From Diplonema japonicum (lineage: Eukaryota > Protista > Euglenozoa: Diplonemea), in assembly GCA_964019335.1 (NCBI GenBank), contig OZ025696.1, positions 372,001-436,000 of the forward strand: a stretch of 64,000 nucleotides of DNA. The letters run 5' to 3'. The notes beneath the pieces were generated by a model that was not told the DNA's origin, made no database searches, and saw only the letters and a list, made by a program, of their open reading frames with translations. Position numbers and translations under genes: made by a program. Positions 18,703 to 30,790 of the stretch are shown one piece after another. Within the stretch, counting starts at the first letter, position 1; each line of letters starts with the position of its first letter.

Positions 18703-21700
18703 CTATATCTTAATGGCCTCCATTTCACCACCAGCCAGTTCTGTCTTTGGTTCGGTGTACGACATGAACTCGTCGATGGTGGGGCTTCTCCTCTTCCTTT
18801 TCAGTGCTGCAGCCATTATAATCCCGCAGATGGCAAGGAGCCCGCCCAGGATGCCGAGGATGACAGGGAGCCAGTTGAAGGAGTCGTCGTCCCCGCACTT
18901 CTCGACAGGCCTCCCCGTCGCTGGTTCCTTGCTGCCCTTCTTGCAGGTGCACGTGTAGTCCTTCACAGAGTCGAAGGTCTTCATCGGGTCCTCGCACTCC
19001 TGCTCCTCCCCACACGGCCCTGACGAAGACGAACCCGACGACGGTGCCTCCAACCCGTCCTTCCGCACGAAGCACTCGTCGTACCCGCACGACCCCACAG
19101 GCCCGTTCTCCCTCGACCCTGTCCCCCACCCGCAGCTGCAGCGGAAGCCCTTCTCAGTAGCCGTGCACTCTTCTCCCGCCTTGCAGGGGTCCGCCTCGCA
19201 CCCGGGAGCCTCCGCCCCGACCTTGCAGTCCGTCACAGCCTCCCCGGTTGCCTTCGACGTCCCCTCCTTGCACGAGCACACGAAGTCCCCGGTGCTCCCC
19301 GCAGTCTGCACAGGGTCCGTGCACACCTGGTCCGCCCCACAGGGACTGCTGCTGCACTCGTCGACAGGGCCAGCCTCGCACACCGCCACCATCCCAACAG
19401 CCGTCGTTCCCTTGCAGCTGCACTCGAAGTTCTTCTTTGGTGTCACTCGCTTGTCGTCGTCTGTGCAAGTCTGCTTGTCCCCGCATGGGGAATCCTCACA
19501 CTCATCCCTCTCGCACACCCCCACCTTGCCGCCGACACGCTTCCTGTCTGCGTCCGTCTTGCATGTGCACACGTAGTCGCCGCGAGAGTCCGCTGCTGTC
19601 TCGGGGTCCCTGCAGTTCTGGTCCCCCCCGCACAGGGACAGCCCGGTCTTCTTCGCCTCGGCACACTCGTCGAATTCGCACTCCGCACGTTCCCCGACAG
19701 CCCTCACACTTGCCCCGCGACACATGCACACGAAGTCCCCCGCCTTCTCGCTCGGGTCGTGGCAGTCCTGGTCCGACCCGCACGGCTTCCTCCCGCACTC
19801 CGACCCCACACTCGCGGGGACGGGTGTCCCAGGTGCCCGTGTCTTCGGAACGTCCGTCGAAGGGGCCTTCGTCTGCCCAGGTGCCAGGGTCGAAGGCCTA
19901 GCCGTACTCGGGGCTTCTGTGGCAGGTGACGCTGTCTCACCAGGAACAAGGGTTTTTGGGACTTGCGTCGCGGGTGCCATGGTGTCAGGGGCTGCCGTCT
20001 CACCAGGAACAAGGGTTCTTGGGACCTGTGTCTTGGGTGCCATGGTGTCAGGGGCCGCCGTCTCACCAGGAACAAGGGTTTTTGGTACTTCTGTCTTTGG
20101 CGCTGTCGTGTCAGGGGCTGCCGTCTCACCAGGAACAAGGGTTTTTGGGACCTGTGTCTTGGGTGCCATGGTGTCAGGGGCTGCCGTCTCACCAGGAACA
20201 AGGGTTTTTGGTACTTCTGTCTTTGGCGCTGTCGTGTCAGGGGCTGCCGTCTCACCAGGAACAAGTGTTTTTGGGACCTGTGTCTTGGGTGCCATGGTGT
20301 CAGGGGCTGCCGTCTCACCAGGAACAAGGGTTTTTGGGACCTGTGTCTTGGGTGCCATGGTGTCAGGGGCTGCCGTCTCACCAGGAACAAGGGTTTTTGG
20401 GACCTCTGTCTTGGGTGCATTCGTGTCAGGGGCCACCGTCTCACCAGGAACAAGTGTCTTCGGGACTTGTGTCTTGGGTGCCATGGTGTCAGGGGCTGCT
20501 GTCTCACCAGGAACAAGGGTTGTTGGAACTTGCGTCCTGGGTGCTGTCGTGTCAGGTGCTCGTGTGGAAGGAGCTCTCGTGCTCGGCGCCGATGTCTCAG
20601 GTGCTCCTGTCTTACCAGGTGTAAGAGTAGAGGGTGCATCCGTGGCGGGTGCCGATGTCTTCGGGGCTGTTGTCTCAGGCACATTCGTCTCCGGGGCCAT
20701 CGTTGCAGGAGCCCCCGTCTTCCCAGGTGCAAGGGTTGAAGGTGTCTGCGTCTTCGGTGCTCCAGTGTCGGGTGCACTCGTCTCCGGAGAGACAGTCACA
20801 GGGGGGTCCGTGCGAGGTGACCTTGTTATCGGTGCCTGTGTCTTTGGTGCATCTGTGTCGGGTGCCGTAGTCTTTGGTGCATCTGTGTCGGGTGCCGCGG
20901 TGTCAGGAGCTCCTGACTTCCCAGGAACAAGTGTCATCGGTACTGGTGTGTCTGGTGCCCCAGTGTCGGGGGCTTCCGTCTCCGGTGCAGTTGTCTCTGG
21001 TGCGTCTGTAACCGGCGGCATCGTGTCGGGCGCTACTGTGTCGGGTGCTCCTGTCACAGGGGCCGTCGTTGCTGGAGCACTTGTCGCAGGAGCCCCCGTC
21101 GCAGGTGCCGCTGTCGCAGGAGCATCCGTGTCCGGTGCCGTCGTGTCAGGTGCTCCAGACTTCCCAGGAACAAGCGTCGTCGGTACCTGTGTCTTCGGTG
21201 CATCGGTGTCTGGTGCGGAGGTATCAGGTGCCACTGTCTCAGGCACGCCTGTTGCTGGTGCTGTTGTGTCCGGTGCACTGGTCTTTGGTGCAGTTGTGTC
21301 TGGTGCATCCGTCTTCGGTGCCACGGTGTCCGGAACTCCTGTGGTGGGGGCTGTTGTGTCCGGGGGATTGGTCGACGGTGCTGTTGTGTCTGGTGCACTA
21401 GTCGACGGTGCACTAGTCGCTGGAGTGCTAGTAGATGGTGCAGTTGTGTCTGGTGCAGCAGTTGAAGGTGCTGTTGTGTCTGGTGCACTTGTCGCGGGTG
21501 ACGTTGTGGTACCTGCAACCTTGTCCTTGCACAGACCAGGGTTCTTGGTGAAAACAGAAGAATCAGGTTCAATGAGGCCACCAGAGCCTTGTTCGAAAGG
21601 CTTGGTACCAGTCCAGTAACCCTGACCCCTCTCACCGTACTGGCACCCGAACTCCCACCACTCACCGTTCCAGCCAAAAGGACCAGGAGAGGGACACTTC

Positions 21701-24255
21701 ACAGCAGCACACCCCATGGCATAGATGTTCGAGGAAGACATCTGTGTGTAGTGGGACACAACATTTCCATTACCCATGTCAGTGTTCCAGTTGTAGTCAT
21801 CCTTCTCATCCCACCAGCTCTTCCCAAGGTACCCAGGGATGCCATCACTCATCAATGCCTCGCAAGCAGAGCCAGCACAGTAAGCAAGGTTCTCACCAAG
21901 GTACTCGTACCCACCGACATCCTTGCGAACAGTGTTCTGGTCAGAGTGGGGCCAGTTCGAGTCACACTTCCCAATGTGTGCCGCAATGGTGGCCTCGATG
22001 TTTGTGTCCCACCTGATCTTGTGCATGTCCTTGGCGGGAGGGCTTGTGTTGGAACGCCATTCGTTGTGCTTGTCGAGGATGGCCTGCTCCCAAACAGAAA
22101 GGGGGCATGTGGAACCACCACCACCACCTCCACTGGAGGGAGCTGAGGTGTCAGGTACGTCTGTGGGGGGAACACCGGGGGCGGCTGTAACTGGTGCAGG
22201 GGTAGAAGGTGCCGATGTTGGTGGGGTAGCAGTCTTATCCTTGCACAGACCAGGGTTCTTGGTGTAAACAGAGGAAGCAGGTTCAATGAGGCCACCAGAG
22301 CCCTGTTCGAATGGCTTGGTACCAGTCCAGTAACCCTGACCCCTCTCACCGTACTGGCACCCGAACTCCCACCACTCACCATTCCAACCGAAAGGACCAG
22401 GAGAGGGACACTTCACAGCAGCACACCCCATGGCATAGATGTTCGAGGAAGACATCTGTGTGTAGTGGGACACAACATTTCCATTACCCATGTCAGTGTT
22501 CCAGTTGTAGTCATCCTTCTCATCCCACCAGCTCTTCCCAAGGTACCCAGGGATGCCATCACTCATCAATGCCTCGCAAGCAGAGCCAGCACAGTAAGCA
22601 AGGTTCTCACCAAGGTACTCGTACCCACCGACATCCTTGCGAACAGTGTTCTGGTCAGAGTGGGGCCAGTTCGAGTCACACTTCCCAATGTGTGCCGCAA
22701 TGGTGGCCTCGATGGTCGTGTCCCACCTGATCTTGTGCATGTCCTTGGCGGGAGGGCTTGTGTTGGAACGCCATTCGTTGTGCTTGTCAAGGATGGCCTG
22801 CTCCCACACAGAAAGGGGGCATGTGGAACCACCACCTCCACTGGAGGGAGCTGAGGTGTCAGGTACGTCTGTGGGGGGAACACCAGGGGCAGCGGTAACT
22901 GGTGCAGGGGTAGAAGGTGCCGATGTTGGTGGGGTAGCAGTCTTATCCTTGCACAGACCAGGGTTCTTGGTGAAAACAGAGGAAGCAGGTTCAATGAGGC
23001 CACCAGAGCCCTGTTCGAAAGGCTTGGTACCAGTCCAGTAACCCTGACCCCTCTCACCGTACTGGCACCCGAACTCCCACCACTCACCGTTCCAGCCAAA
23101 AGGACCAGGAGAGGGACACTTCACAGCAGCACACCCCATGGCATAGATGTTCGAGGAAGACATCTGTGTGTAGTGGGACACAACATTTCCATTACCCATG
23201 TCAGTGTTCCAGTTGTAGTCATCCTTCTCATCCCACCAGCTCTGTCCAAGGTACCCAGGGATGCCATCACTCATCAATGCCTCACAAGCAGAGCCAGCAC
23301 AGTAAGCAAGGTTCTCACCAAGGTACTCGTACCCACCGACATCCTTGCGAACAGTGTTCTGGTCAGAGTGGGGCCAGTTCGAGTCACACTTCCCAATGTG
23401 TGCCGCAATGGTGGCCTCGATGGTCGTGTCCCACCTGATCTTGTGCATGTCCTTGGCGGGAGGGCTTGTGTTGGAACGCCATTCGTTGTGCTTGTCAAGG
23501 ATGGCCTGCTCCCACACTGAAAGGGGGCATGTGGAACCACCACCACCGCCGCCACCAGCACCACCACCACCTGAGGTAGCAGGTGCAGGGGTAGAAGGTG
23601 CCGATGTGACAGGAGGGGAGTTTCCATCCTCGCAGAGAGCAGGGTTCTTGGTGTAAACAGAGGAAGCAGGTTCAATGAGGCCACCAGAGCCTTGTTCGAA
23701 TGGCTTGGTACCAGTCCAGTAACCCTGACCCCTCTCACCGTACTGGCACCCGAACTCCCACCACTCACCATTCCAACCGAAAGGACCAGGAGAGGGACAC
23801 TTCACAGCAGCACACCCCATGGCATAGATGTTCGAGGAAGACATCTGTGTGTAGTGGGACACAACATTTCCATTACCCATGTCAGTGTTCCAGTTGTAGT
23901 CATCCTTCTCATCCCACCAGCTCTTCCCAAGGTACCCAGGGATGCCATCACTCATCAATGCCTCGCAAGCAGAGCCAGCACAGTAAGCAAGGTTCTCACC
24001 AAGGTACTCGTACCCACCGACATCCTTGCGAACAGTGTTCTGGTCAGAGTGGGGCCAGTTCGAGTCACACTTCCCAATGTGTGCCGCAATGGTGGCCTCG
24101 ATGGTCGTGTCCCACCTGATCTTGTGCATGTCCTTGGCGGGAGGGCTTGTGTTGGAACGCCATTCGTTGTGCTTGTCGAGGATGGCCTGCTCCCATGCCG
24201 AGAGTGCGGGGCATGTCGCAGACAGGACAGCGCTGACGGCTAGTGTCAGCAACAT
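18703..24255 (-). CDS. Surface protein B: 4 CAP domains (type I), ~570-aa stalk, EGF-like region, TM, tail (1850 aa)
   Basis: Same architecture and motifs as gene A. Confidence 0.95.
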   Translation of the reverse strand: MLLTLAVSAVLSATCPALSAWEQAILDKHNEWRSNTSPPAKDMHKIRWDTTIEATIAAHIGKCDSNWPHSDQNTVRKDVGGYEYLGENLAYCAGSACEALMSDGIPGYLGKSWWDEKDDYNWNTDMGNGNVVSHYTQMSSSNIYAMGCAAVKCPSPGPFGWNGEWWEFGCQYGERGQGYWTGTKPFEQGSGGLIEPASSVYTKNPALCEDGNSPPVTSAPSTPAPATSGGGGAGGGGGGGSTCPLSVWEQAILDKHNEWRSNTSPPAKDMHKIRWDTTIEATIAAHIGKCDSNWPHSDQNTVRKDVGGYEYLGENLAYCAGSACEALMSDGIPGYLGQSWWDEKDDYNWNTDMGNGNVVSHYTQMSSSNIYAMGCAAVKCPSPGPFGWNGEWWEFGCQYGERGQGYWTGTKPFEQGSGGLIEPASSVFTKNPGLCKDKTATPPTSAPSTPAPVTAAPGVPPTDVPDTSAPSSGGGGSTCPLSVWEQAILDKHNEWRSNTSPPAKDMHKIRWDTTIEATIAAHIGKCDSNWPHSDQNTVRKDVGGYEYLGENLAYCAGSACEALMSDGIPGYLGKSWWDEKDDYNWNTDMGNGNVVSHYTQMSSSNIYAMGCAAVKCPSPGPFGWNGEWWEFGCQYGERGQGYWTGTKPFEQGSGGLIEPASSVYTKNPGLCKDKTATPPTSAPSTPAPVTAAPGVPPTDVPDTSAPSSGGGGGGSTCPLSVWEQAILDKHNEWRSNTSPPAKDMHKIRWDTNIEATIAAHIGKCDSNWPHSDQNTVRKDVGGYEYLGENLAYCAGSACEALMSDGIPGYLGKSWWDEKDDYNWNTDMGNGNVVSHYTQMSSSNIYAMGCAAVKCPSPGPFGWNGEWWEFGCQYGERGQGYWTGTKPFEQGSGGLIEPDSSVFTKNPGLCKDKVAGTTTSPATSAPDTTAPSTAAPDTTAPSTSTPATSAPSTSAPDTTAPSTNPPDTTAPTTGVPDTVAPKTDAPDTTAPKTSAPDTTAPATGVPETVAPDTSAPDTDAPKTQVPTTLVPGKSGAPDTTAPDTDAPATAAPATGAPATSAPATTAPVTGAPDTVAPDTMPPVTDAPETTAPETEAPDTGAPDTPVPMTLVPGKSGAPDTAAPDTDAPKTTAPDTDAPKTQAPITRSPRTDPPVTVSPETSAPDTGAPKTQTPSTLAPGKTGAPATMAPETNVPETTAPKTSAPATDAPSTLTPGKTGAPETSAPSTRAPSTRAPDTTAPRTQVPTTLVPGETAAPDTMAPKTQVPKTLVPGETVAPDTNAPKTEVPKTLVPGETAAPDTMAPKTQVPKTLVPGETAAPDTMAPKTQVPKTLVPGETAAPDTTAPKTEVPKTLVPGETAAPDTMAPKTQVPKTLVPGETAAPDTTAPKTEVPKTLVPGETAAPDTMAPKTQVPRTLVPGETAAPDTMAPATQVPKTLVPGETASPATEAPSTARPSTLAPGQTKAPSTDVPKTRAPGTPVPASVGSECGRKPCGSDQDCHDPSEKAGDFVCMCRGASVRAVGERAECEFDECAEAKKTGLSLCGGDQNCRDPETAADSRGDYVCTCKTDADRKRVGGKVGVCERDECEDSPCGDKQTCTDDDKRVTPKKNFECSCKGTTAVGMVAVCEAGPVDECSSSPCGADQVCTDPVQTAGSTGDFVCSCKEGTSKATGEAVTDCKVGAEAPGCEADPCKAGEECTATEKGFRCSCGWGTGSRENGPVGSCGYDECFVRKDGLEAPSSGSSSSGPCGEEQECEDPMKTFDSVKDYTCTCKKGSKEPATGRPVEKCGDDDSFNWLPVILGILGGLLAICGIIMAAALKRKRRSPTIDEFMSYTEPKTELAGGEMEAIKI

Positions 24256-25719
24256 CTTATTTTATATGGTTTACCTTATAGTGTGTTGTGGAGGCAGAGG
24301 AGGAAGACCGCAACCCCGTAGTAGATGACTTGCGACTACTAGGCATTCCTCATTCAAGGAGAATAATTGCAATCATCGATCCTCATCACGACGCAAGTTC
24401 AAAAGATTCCCCATCCTCTTCAAGATAGGCTGCCCAAAGGCAATCAGACTGTCCAGTCCAGAGTGGGCAAATGCTATGATGGAGGCATAGGGGTGGAGAT
24501 ATGTCATGAATCTTCTTAAAACAACTAGAACCAAGTTACTGAAGAAAGTAGCGGAGGTGTTGCAGATATAACTAAATGAATAAAAATGGGTCGATATAAC
24601 ACGAATCTCACTCAACGAAAGAGAAAGGGTAGTAAAAAAAGAAGAGAAAAAAAAAGAAAAAAAAGGGAAAAAGAAAAAGAAAGGAAGATGGAAAAATAGG
24701 GAGGAAGAAGTGGGGCGGAGTCTATGCAAAGACGAAACAAAAAAAAAAAAAAAAAAAAACTGTATTAAAAAAAAGTAAAAGTTAGGTCTTTTTTACCACT
24801 TTTTTTTTTTTTTTTTTGGGAACGAAAACAAATAAGAAGCGGCGGTCTAAATTTCAACAAAAAAAGAAAATCTTTTTTTAATAATTCTTCCATTCTTTAA
24901 GGCAACGAAAAGAACAGAGAGAAGACAAAATTAGACTTATAAAGAAAAGTAGAAAACAGAGGACAAAATGCCCCTTTTCTGCGAGCGGCCTTCGAGAATC
25001 TGATGAAGAAAATAATCAGTGAGGTGGACCGGCAGCATTAAAAAAAGAGGGTAGACAGGGGAGGATATGGTGTATGTTACTCTTTTTTTTTGTTTTACAC
25101 CAGATAAAAAAAAGGGGGGGGGGAAGGGGGAAAAAAAGAAAGCAAGTGAATTATTATTCGAAAAAAGAAAAGAGGGGAGGAGGAAAACCATTTCTTTTTT
25201 TGATTTCTTTGTAAGTTTTACTTCATTCACTGCACCCCCCATATTAATAATTAAAAAAAATGTGGACGAACCCTTTTGGCCCAAACAGGGGTGCTGAATT
25301 AAGTAAATAATAAAATTATAAATTTTTATATCTTTTTTTTTTCCATTTTTATTTCCCCCTCTTTCTTTTTTTTTTCTTCAAAAAAAAACAAATACAAGTG
25401 TTTTTCATCATAGGCCTGAAGAGAAGGGGGGAGGGGGGGTCCATTTTCATCAAATTTCCCCTTTGCTTTTCTTGTGCTCGAACGAATTTAGCCCCCCCCC
25501 CCCCCCCGATGCAAGCAGTTTCTCTCCTCTAAAATTTAAAAACAGGAAAAGAAAAAAACAAAAAACCTTGTGTGTGTGTGTGTGTTTTTTTTCCCCTTCT
25601 TTTCTTCTTTTTGTTTGTCATATTCATACAGAAAAAAAAGGGGGGGGGGGAAGCACCCCCAAAATCTGCAAAAAAAAAGGCGATGTTCCTTTAAAAAAAA
25701 AAAAAAAAAAAAAAAAAGA

Positions 25720-25840
25720 ATATATGAGTTAAAGGAAGTCTTTGTGAGACGCCCCCTTGTTCTCATCTTCCACCTGCACCTATCCCCTTTCAGCAGCGGT
25801 TTCTCCTCCTTTGGTGGTCTTGCCGGCCTTCTCTCCAGCC
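25720..25840 (-). mobile_element. 5'-truncated ~120-bp copy of the LINE-A 3' end
   Basis: Nearly identical to 26607-26727. Confidence 0.9.
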
Positions 25841-26089
25841 AAAAGAAAAGAGAAAAACACGTGGCTGAAAAGCTTTGTTGAATTGTGCTCAATGAGGTAT
25901 GCCCTGCTAGCGCTATCCACGCCGTCAGAGAATGACACCGGAAATTGTGCGTTGGAAGGCGTTGGCGAGCCAGGTTCTGCACTGAACATAGTGGTAGGCA
26001 CAACAACACAAAGAAAAAAAGAGAAGAAGAAAAAAAGAAAAAAAAAGACACCTTGCTGTGTGGCTCAAAATATATTTAATTTTTTTAAT

Positions 26090-26122
<33 letters not shown>

Positions 26123-26656
26123 AGATTTAGGGGGTACAAGCAGCATGCGCGTGTCGACAGCTGGTTCGTTAGCAACAAGCTCCTTCAGTATGGGAATGAG
26201 GGGGGGGGGGAGAAGAAGAAAAAAAGTGTATAGTAACTTGGGGTTGGGGGGGGGGGGGGGGGAGAGAACATTTCCACCGCAAAATAAGCACGTAAAAGAT
26301 ATATTTCACTAACAATCAGTAATTTTGAACACGCAAAGCCAGAACACACATTTAACAAACCCTGAAAGGGTTGGGTTCACACATATATAAAGGGTACGCT
26401 ACCGCTGGTGGAACCGGGTCTTTTCCCCCAACCTTCTTTTTAAAAACAAAAAGTGATAAAAACTATTCAAGTGGTCCAAAAGTCAACTATTATGCTATTG
26501 TATCAAACCACTGCTTTTTTTTCCCCCCCTTTTTTTTTTTTTTTTCCCACACCCAATTCAGGGTAGAATTCTGTTAAGCAAAATAATGAAAGAATAATGT
26601 AAAATAATATATGAGTTAAAGGAAGTCTTTGTGAGACGCCCCCTTGTTCTCATCTT

Positions 26657-29600
26657 CTACCTGCACCTATCCCCTTTCAGCAGCGGTTTCTCCTCCTTTG
26701 GTGGTCTTGCCGGCCTTCTCCCCAGCCTGGCCGCTCTTTCTCTTCGTTCTCTCGCCCATTGTCCTTTCAACGCCTCTAGGTCATGCTTGGTCTTCGGTGA
26801 TGCAAATATCGCCCTCCTGTTCCATCCGATCACCGCCTTTGTCCTCCCGATGGATCGTAGTGTGTGCACCCTTGTGCACGGCTCAGCTGGGAAGGCCCTC
26901 CTTCCTTTCACCTTCTTCAGTACCCTCCCTAGCTCCCATGTGTGCCAGATCTTCTTCATCAGTCCATGCAATCTCCTCGCTTTCTGCTGTACTTCTGCGA
27001 GATCCCCCAGCTTCCCTCCAAGGGTCTTCCCGGTCACGTTCTCGAAATCCAGTGCCAGCTCCACCGTCGACACTGACGTGTTCCTGTTGCCTGCATACCA
27101 GCGCAGTTGCCGCATCCACCTCAGCACCTCCTTCGTGTACTCCCGTAGGACATCCCCTGCCGGTAGCTTGCCGAAGTCCTTGTCCGACGGTACTGGGTGT
27201 TCTTGACCTTGTGTGATCTCCAGCCACTGGTGTGTGGTACACCTCCTGCCTCTTCGCTTGTAGGGCTGCGTCCCGCTCCCCCACCACCGCCAGCAGGTAC
27301 CTCTGCGTTCCTTCGAGCCTTTCCCTGACATCCTTCCCTGCTCCCCTTGGCAGGATGCCATGCAGCTTCGTACACGGTTCCAGCCCCCTGCGCGTCTTGC
27401 CTTCGTGTTCTTCCCGCTGTTGCACTTCCTTGGCCTTTTCGCACTCCCACAGTGCGTGCTCCAGCATGTTGGGCAGCTGTTGCTCCTGACCGCAGATGTC
27501 GCAGTGTGCCGTCGTGGGTTCGGCCTGCTTAGCTTCTTGCTTCCTCGCCTCCGCAATCAGCCACTTTTCGGTGTCCTGTCCTTTCTCTTCTTCTTCTTGT
27601 TCATCTTCAGCCTCGTCTTCATCCTCGTCTTCTTCTCCTTCCGCCATCGGGATGTGCTCCACCGTGTCCGTGCGCCATCCCCGTGGGTTGATGTAGAACA
27701 CTGCCCCCGAGATGATCCTTCGCACGTCCCTTGCTGCAATCGGGTCCGTCACCACCAGCTTTCTCCACAGCGCGTTGGTCTCCGCTGCTGCCGCAGCTTC
27801 CATGCCCCCCATGGTGCTCCGTTTGCTCATGATTTCCTGTGCTTCCGCCCGCCTGAGTCGGTCCCTGATGTAGTGCTTGTAGGGCTCCTTTTCCAGTGCG
27901 TGGGTGTCCTTCAGCTGTGCCCAGCTTAACTTGATCTGAGGCAGCCACCTTTCCATCATGATGCCCACCGGTCCCAGCGGTATCTTCTTCCCGCTGTACC
28001 GTTTGGCAATGGCGTCGCAGCGTGTCCACAGCTTGTCGTCCTTCTTGCAGGCTCTGTATAGGAGCATAAGTGCTCTGTATGCGGCTGTCATCTGTGGGTG
28101 GCTCGTGTGTCCCGGCAGTGTCACGGATAGTACTGTGCCTGGGTTCCTGGTGCAGTACTTCTGCCCCCAGAGCGCGTACGTGGTCTCCTTCACCAGTGTG
28201 GCCATTTGTCCCGTTTTCGGCGGTGAGAATGGGCAGTCGTAGAGGCAGCTCGGTAGGATCGTGCTGCTGATGATCTTCGCCTTCTGCTGAAAGGACAACG
28301 GCGTTGCTCCTAGCCTGCTCAGCGTCCCGAGTGCCTCCGCCGTCCTGTCGCCGTTGGTTTGCGGTCTGCCGTCTGTCCGCAGCTTGGCTCCCAGTACTCC
28401 TACAGTCCGTGTCGGCTGCAGTTCCTCGCCTTTCACCTTCACCTCCGGTGTCTTCCTGTTCACTGCAAAGGTCTTCGTCTTCCTGGTGTTGAGCTTCATC
28501 CCCACCTGTTTGCAGAAGGCTTCCACTGCGTCTACGCCTTCCTGCAACGCCGCACCGAGCCGTGCCAAGAGGTATGCATCGTCCGCGTAAGACAGCGAGC
28601 GGACCCCTGTGTCGTTCTCCACCTGCTTCATTAGTACCGCCAACAGCGCGTTGATGAGTACCACTGAAATCGGGCATCCCTGAAGGATTCCATTGGTTGT
28701 GTGGAACTCCTCCCCCACGCCTGCTGCGTACCTGAACCGTCTTCGCATGCCTGCGTACATTCCTTTCAGTGCCCTGAGGATGCCTGTGTCCATGCCCATG
28801 TCCTCCACCAGCTCCAGAACCAGCTGTTGCGGTACACTGTCAAAGCATTTCGCAAAGTCGAGTGCCACCCCGACTAGCGGTTTCCCCTCCAGAATGGATT
28901 CTTCGATGTCAAGGGCGAGGTCCAAAAGTGCGTCCTCTGTCCCGAAACCAGTGCGGAATCCGTATTGCTTGTCGTGTATCCATTTCTCCTGCCAGATGAG
29001 GATATCAGACAGTCGCGCGCATGCCCAGAGTCTGTACACCGCAGATGTTACTGTGATAGGCCTGTGCTCCAGTGGTCCCGCATCGTCGCACTTCGGTACG
29101 AGGGTAACCAGCGCCGTTTTCATGGCTTCCGGCCACCTCCCCGTTGCTTCGATCGCATGGAAGAGCATCGCCCAGGCGTCTAGTACTGACTCTGGTAGTT
29201 TCCGTAGCTCTAGCATCCTCCACCCGTCGATGCCTGCCGCGCTTTTCTTGCTTTTCTTTCTGAGCACTTCCCTCAGCCTTGCTCCCGTCAGTTGTGTCCT
29301 CTCCATCTCATGCCGTTGCACGAACTTGCTGTACTTTGCCTTGAAGGGGGCATAGAGGGGCTCCGGTCGGGACTCGTATTTCGCAAAGACGGTCTTCCAC
29401 GCCTTGCGCATGACGCTGTCGATCAGTCCGGGGGACGCAAAGAGCACCATCCCTTCCTTGACCGCCCTGGTTCCGTCGCTTTGACGTTTGCCTCTCGCGA
29501 CTTTTACCAGTCTTGTTGTCTCGCGTCCTGCTGCAACCTCGCCAGGTATTCTCGTCTCCGTGACGTGTTCGCCTCGGTCCTTTTCTTCCGTTCCTCAGCT

Positions 29601-30790
29601 GCAATTGCGTCTTCCATGTTCAGCGCTGCTGCCAGCATGTCCTCTATGAGAACAGCGTCGTGCGGCACCGGTTCAGATGGTACTGCCAGAGCCCTTGCTT
29701 CCCTGCTCACGTTTCTTATCGTGTTCAGGGTCGGCTTGCTTAGCCCCTTGTCCTCAACTGCTTGCTCGAGCTGTTGTTGCAGTGTCCGCGTCTTGAGCTT
29801 CAGCTTTTCCAGTCGCGCTTGCCATGTTGTAGCTGCACCCACCGTTCCCGTCGTCGTTGGTGCACACACTTCCTTCTCCTTTGTGCTGGTGTGTTTGCCT
29901 CTTCCGACGTACGCTGCCCTCCCCGGCGTCCCCACTGGTTGGTCTATGAGGAGGTCTTCGGTGCACCGGGAGAGGGTCTCGAAGGCTTTTCCGGTGATGG
30001 CCGGTACTGCCTCCGGACTTGCCAGTATCCTGTCGATCCGCGTGGCGCAGTTCTCCCGTACAAACGTTGGATCAGGTTGTTTCCCTCTCCATTTTGCGCA
30101 TAGGTCCGCTGTGTCCGCCCATCCTGCCTGCAGTGCCTTCCGCAGTTCCGGGGATCTTGCCTCGTCGGTGTTGAAGTCGCCAACGACGAGTATTGGCACA
30201 TTGCCGAGCTCTTTCGCCTTCTTCCGCAGGATGTAGTGGAGGAGGGTCTCCCTCCTTGCCGTCTCTTCACGTCCTGTTCCTGCCGGGCAGTATATCGATA
30301 TGATATGTAGCCATCTGCGTTTGCCATCGATTGCGACCTGAGTGTGCAGCCACCTCCTGCGTTGTTCTTCAGATTGGTCGTTGGTGTCCAGAGAACCTGG
30401 CAATGCTGTCCTGGGTTCTCGGATTAGGGTTGCCAGTCCTCCCCTCTGAGCTACCCAGTTCGAAGCGATTCCCTCCACCTTCCTTCCCGGCTGCGGCGGT
30501 CCCCACATCGGCTTCCACTTCTTCTTCGTCTTCTTCCCGAGCTCCCGCTCCATCTCCTGCCCAGCTAAGGTCAGCGCCGTCTCCTGCGTGCAGATCACGT
30601 CGACGTCCAGCTTCGTCGTAACCTCCTCTATTTGGTTGCGTAGGGAGGCCACGTTCACTGTCGACACGTACATGTTGGGCCCAGGGTTCGGATGTATCCC
30701 CTGCGCCGTGAGCCTCGCGAAGTCCTCTTCCTCCTCTGACCCCGGTTTCCGCCTCCCCGTTTTCAGTTGGGGAGGTTTCCAATGCAGCTC
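26657..30790 (-). pseudogene. LINE-A ORF2 (2A-like, APE, RT, ZnF, CTD) with frameshifts at ~29520 and ~27235 and an apparent in-frame deletion at ~30000
   Basis: Pieces in three ORF-track entries (29504-32500, 26883-29450, 26657-27556) align consecutively with intact LINE-B ORF2. Confidence 0.85.
30677..30736 (-). other. 2A-like (StopGo) peptide variant EEEEDFARLTAQGIHPNPG|P directly before the APE domain
   Basis: NPGP with I at the V/I position, located where non-LTR 2A motifs occur. The D and E of the D(V/I)ExNPGP consensus are replaced by G and H. Confidence 0.6.

Noticed and set aside
24330-24570. Coding-like plus-strand stretch (RRKFKRFPILFKIGCPK..*..LLKKVAEVLQI)
   Set aside because: Internal stop, no motif, opposite strand; may be a relic but unsupported.
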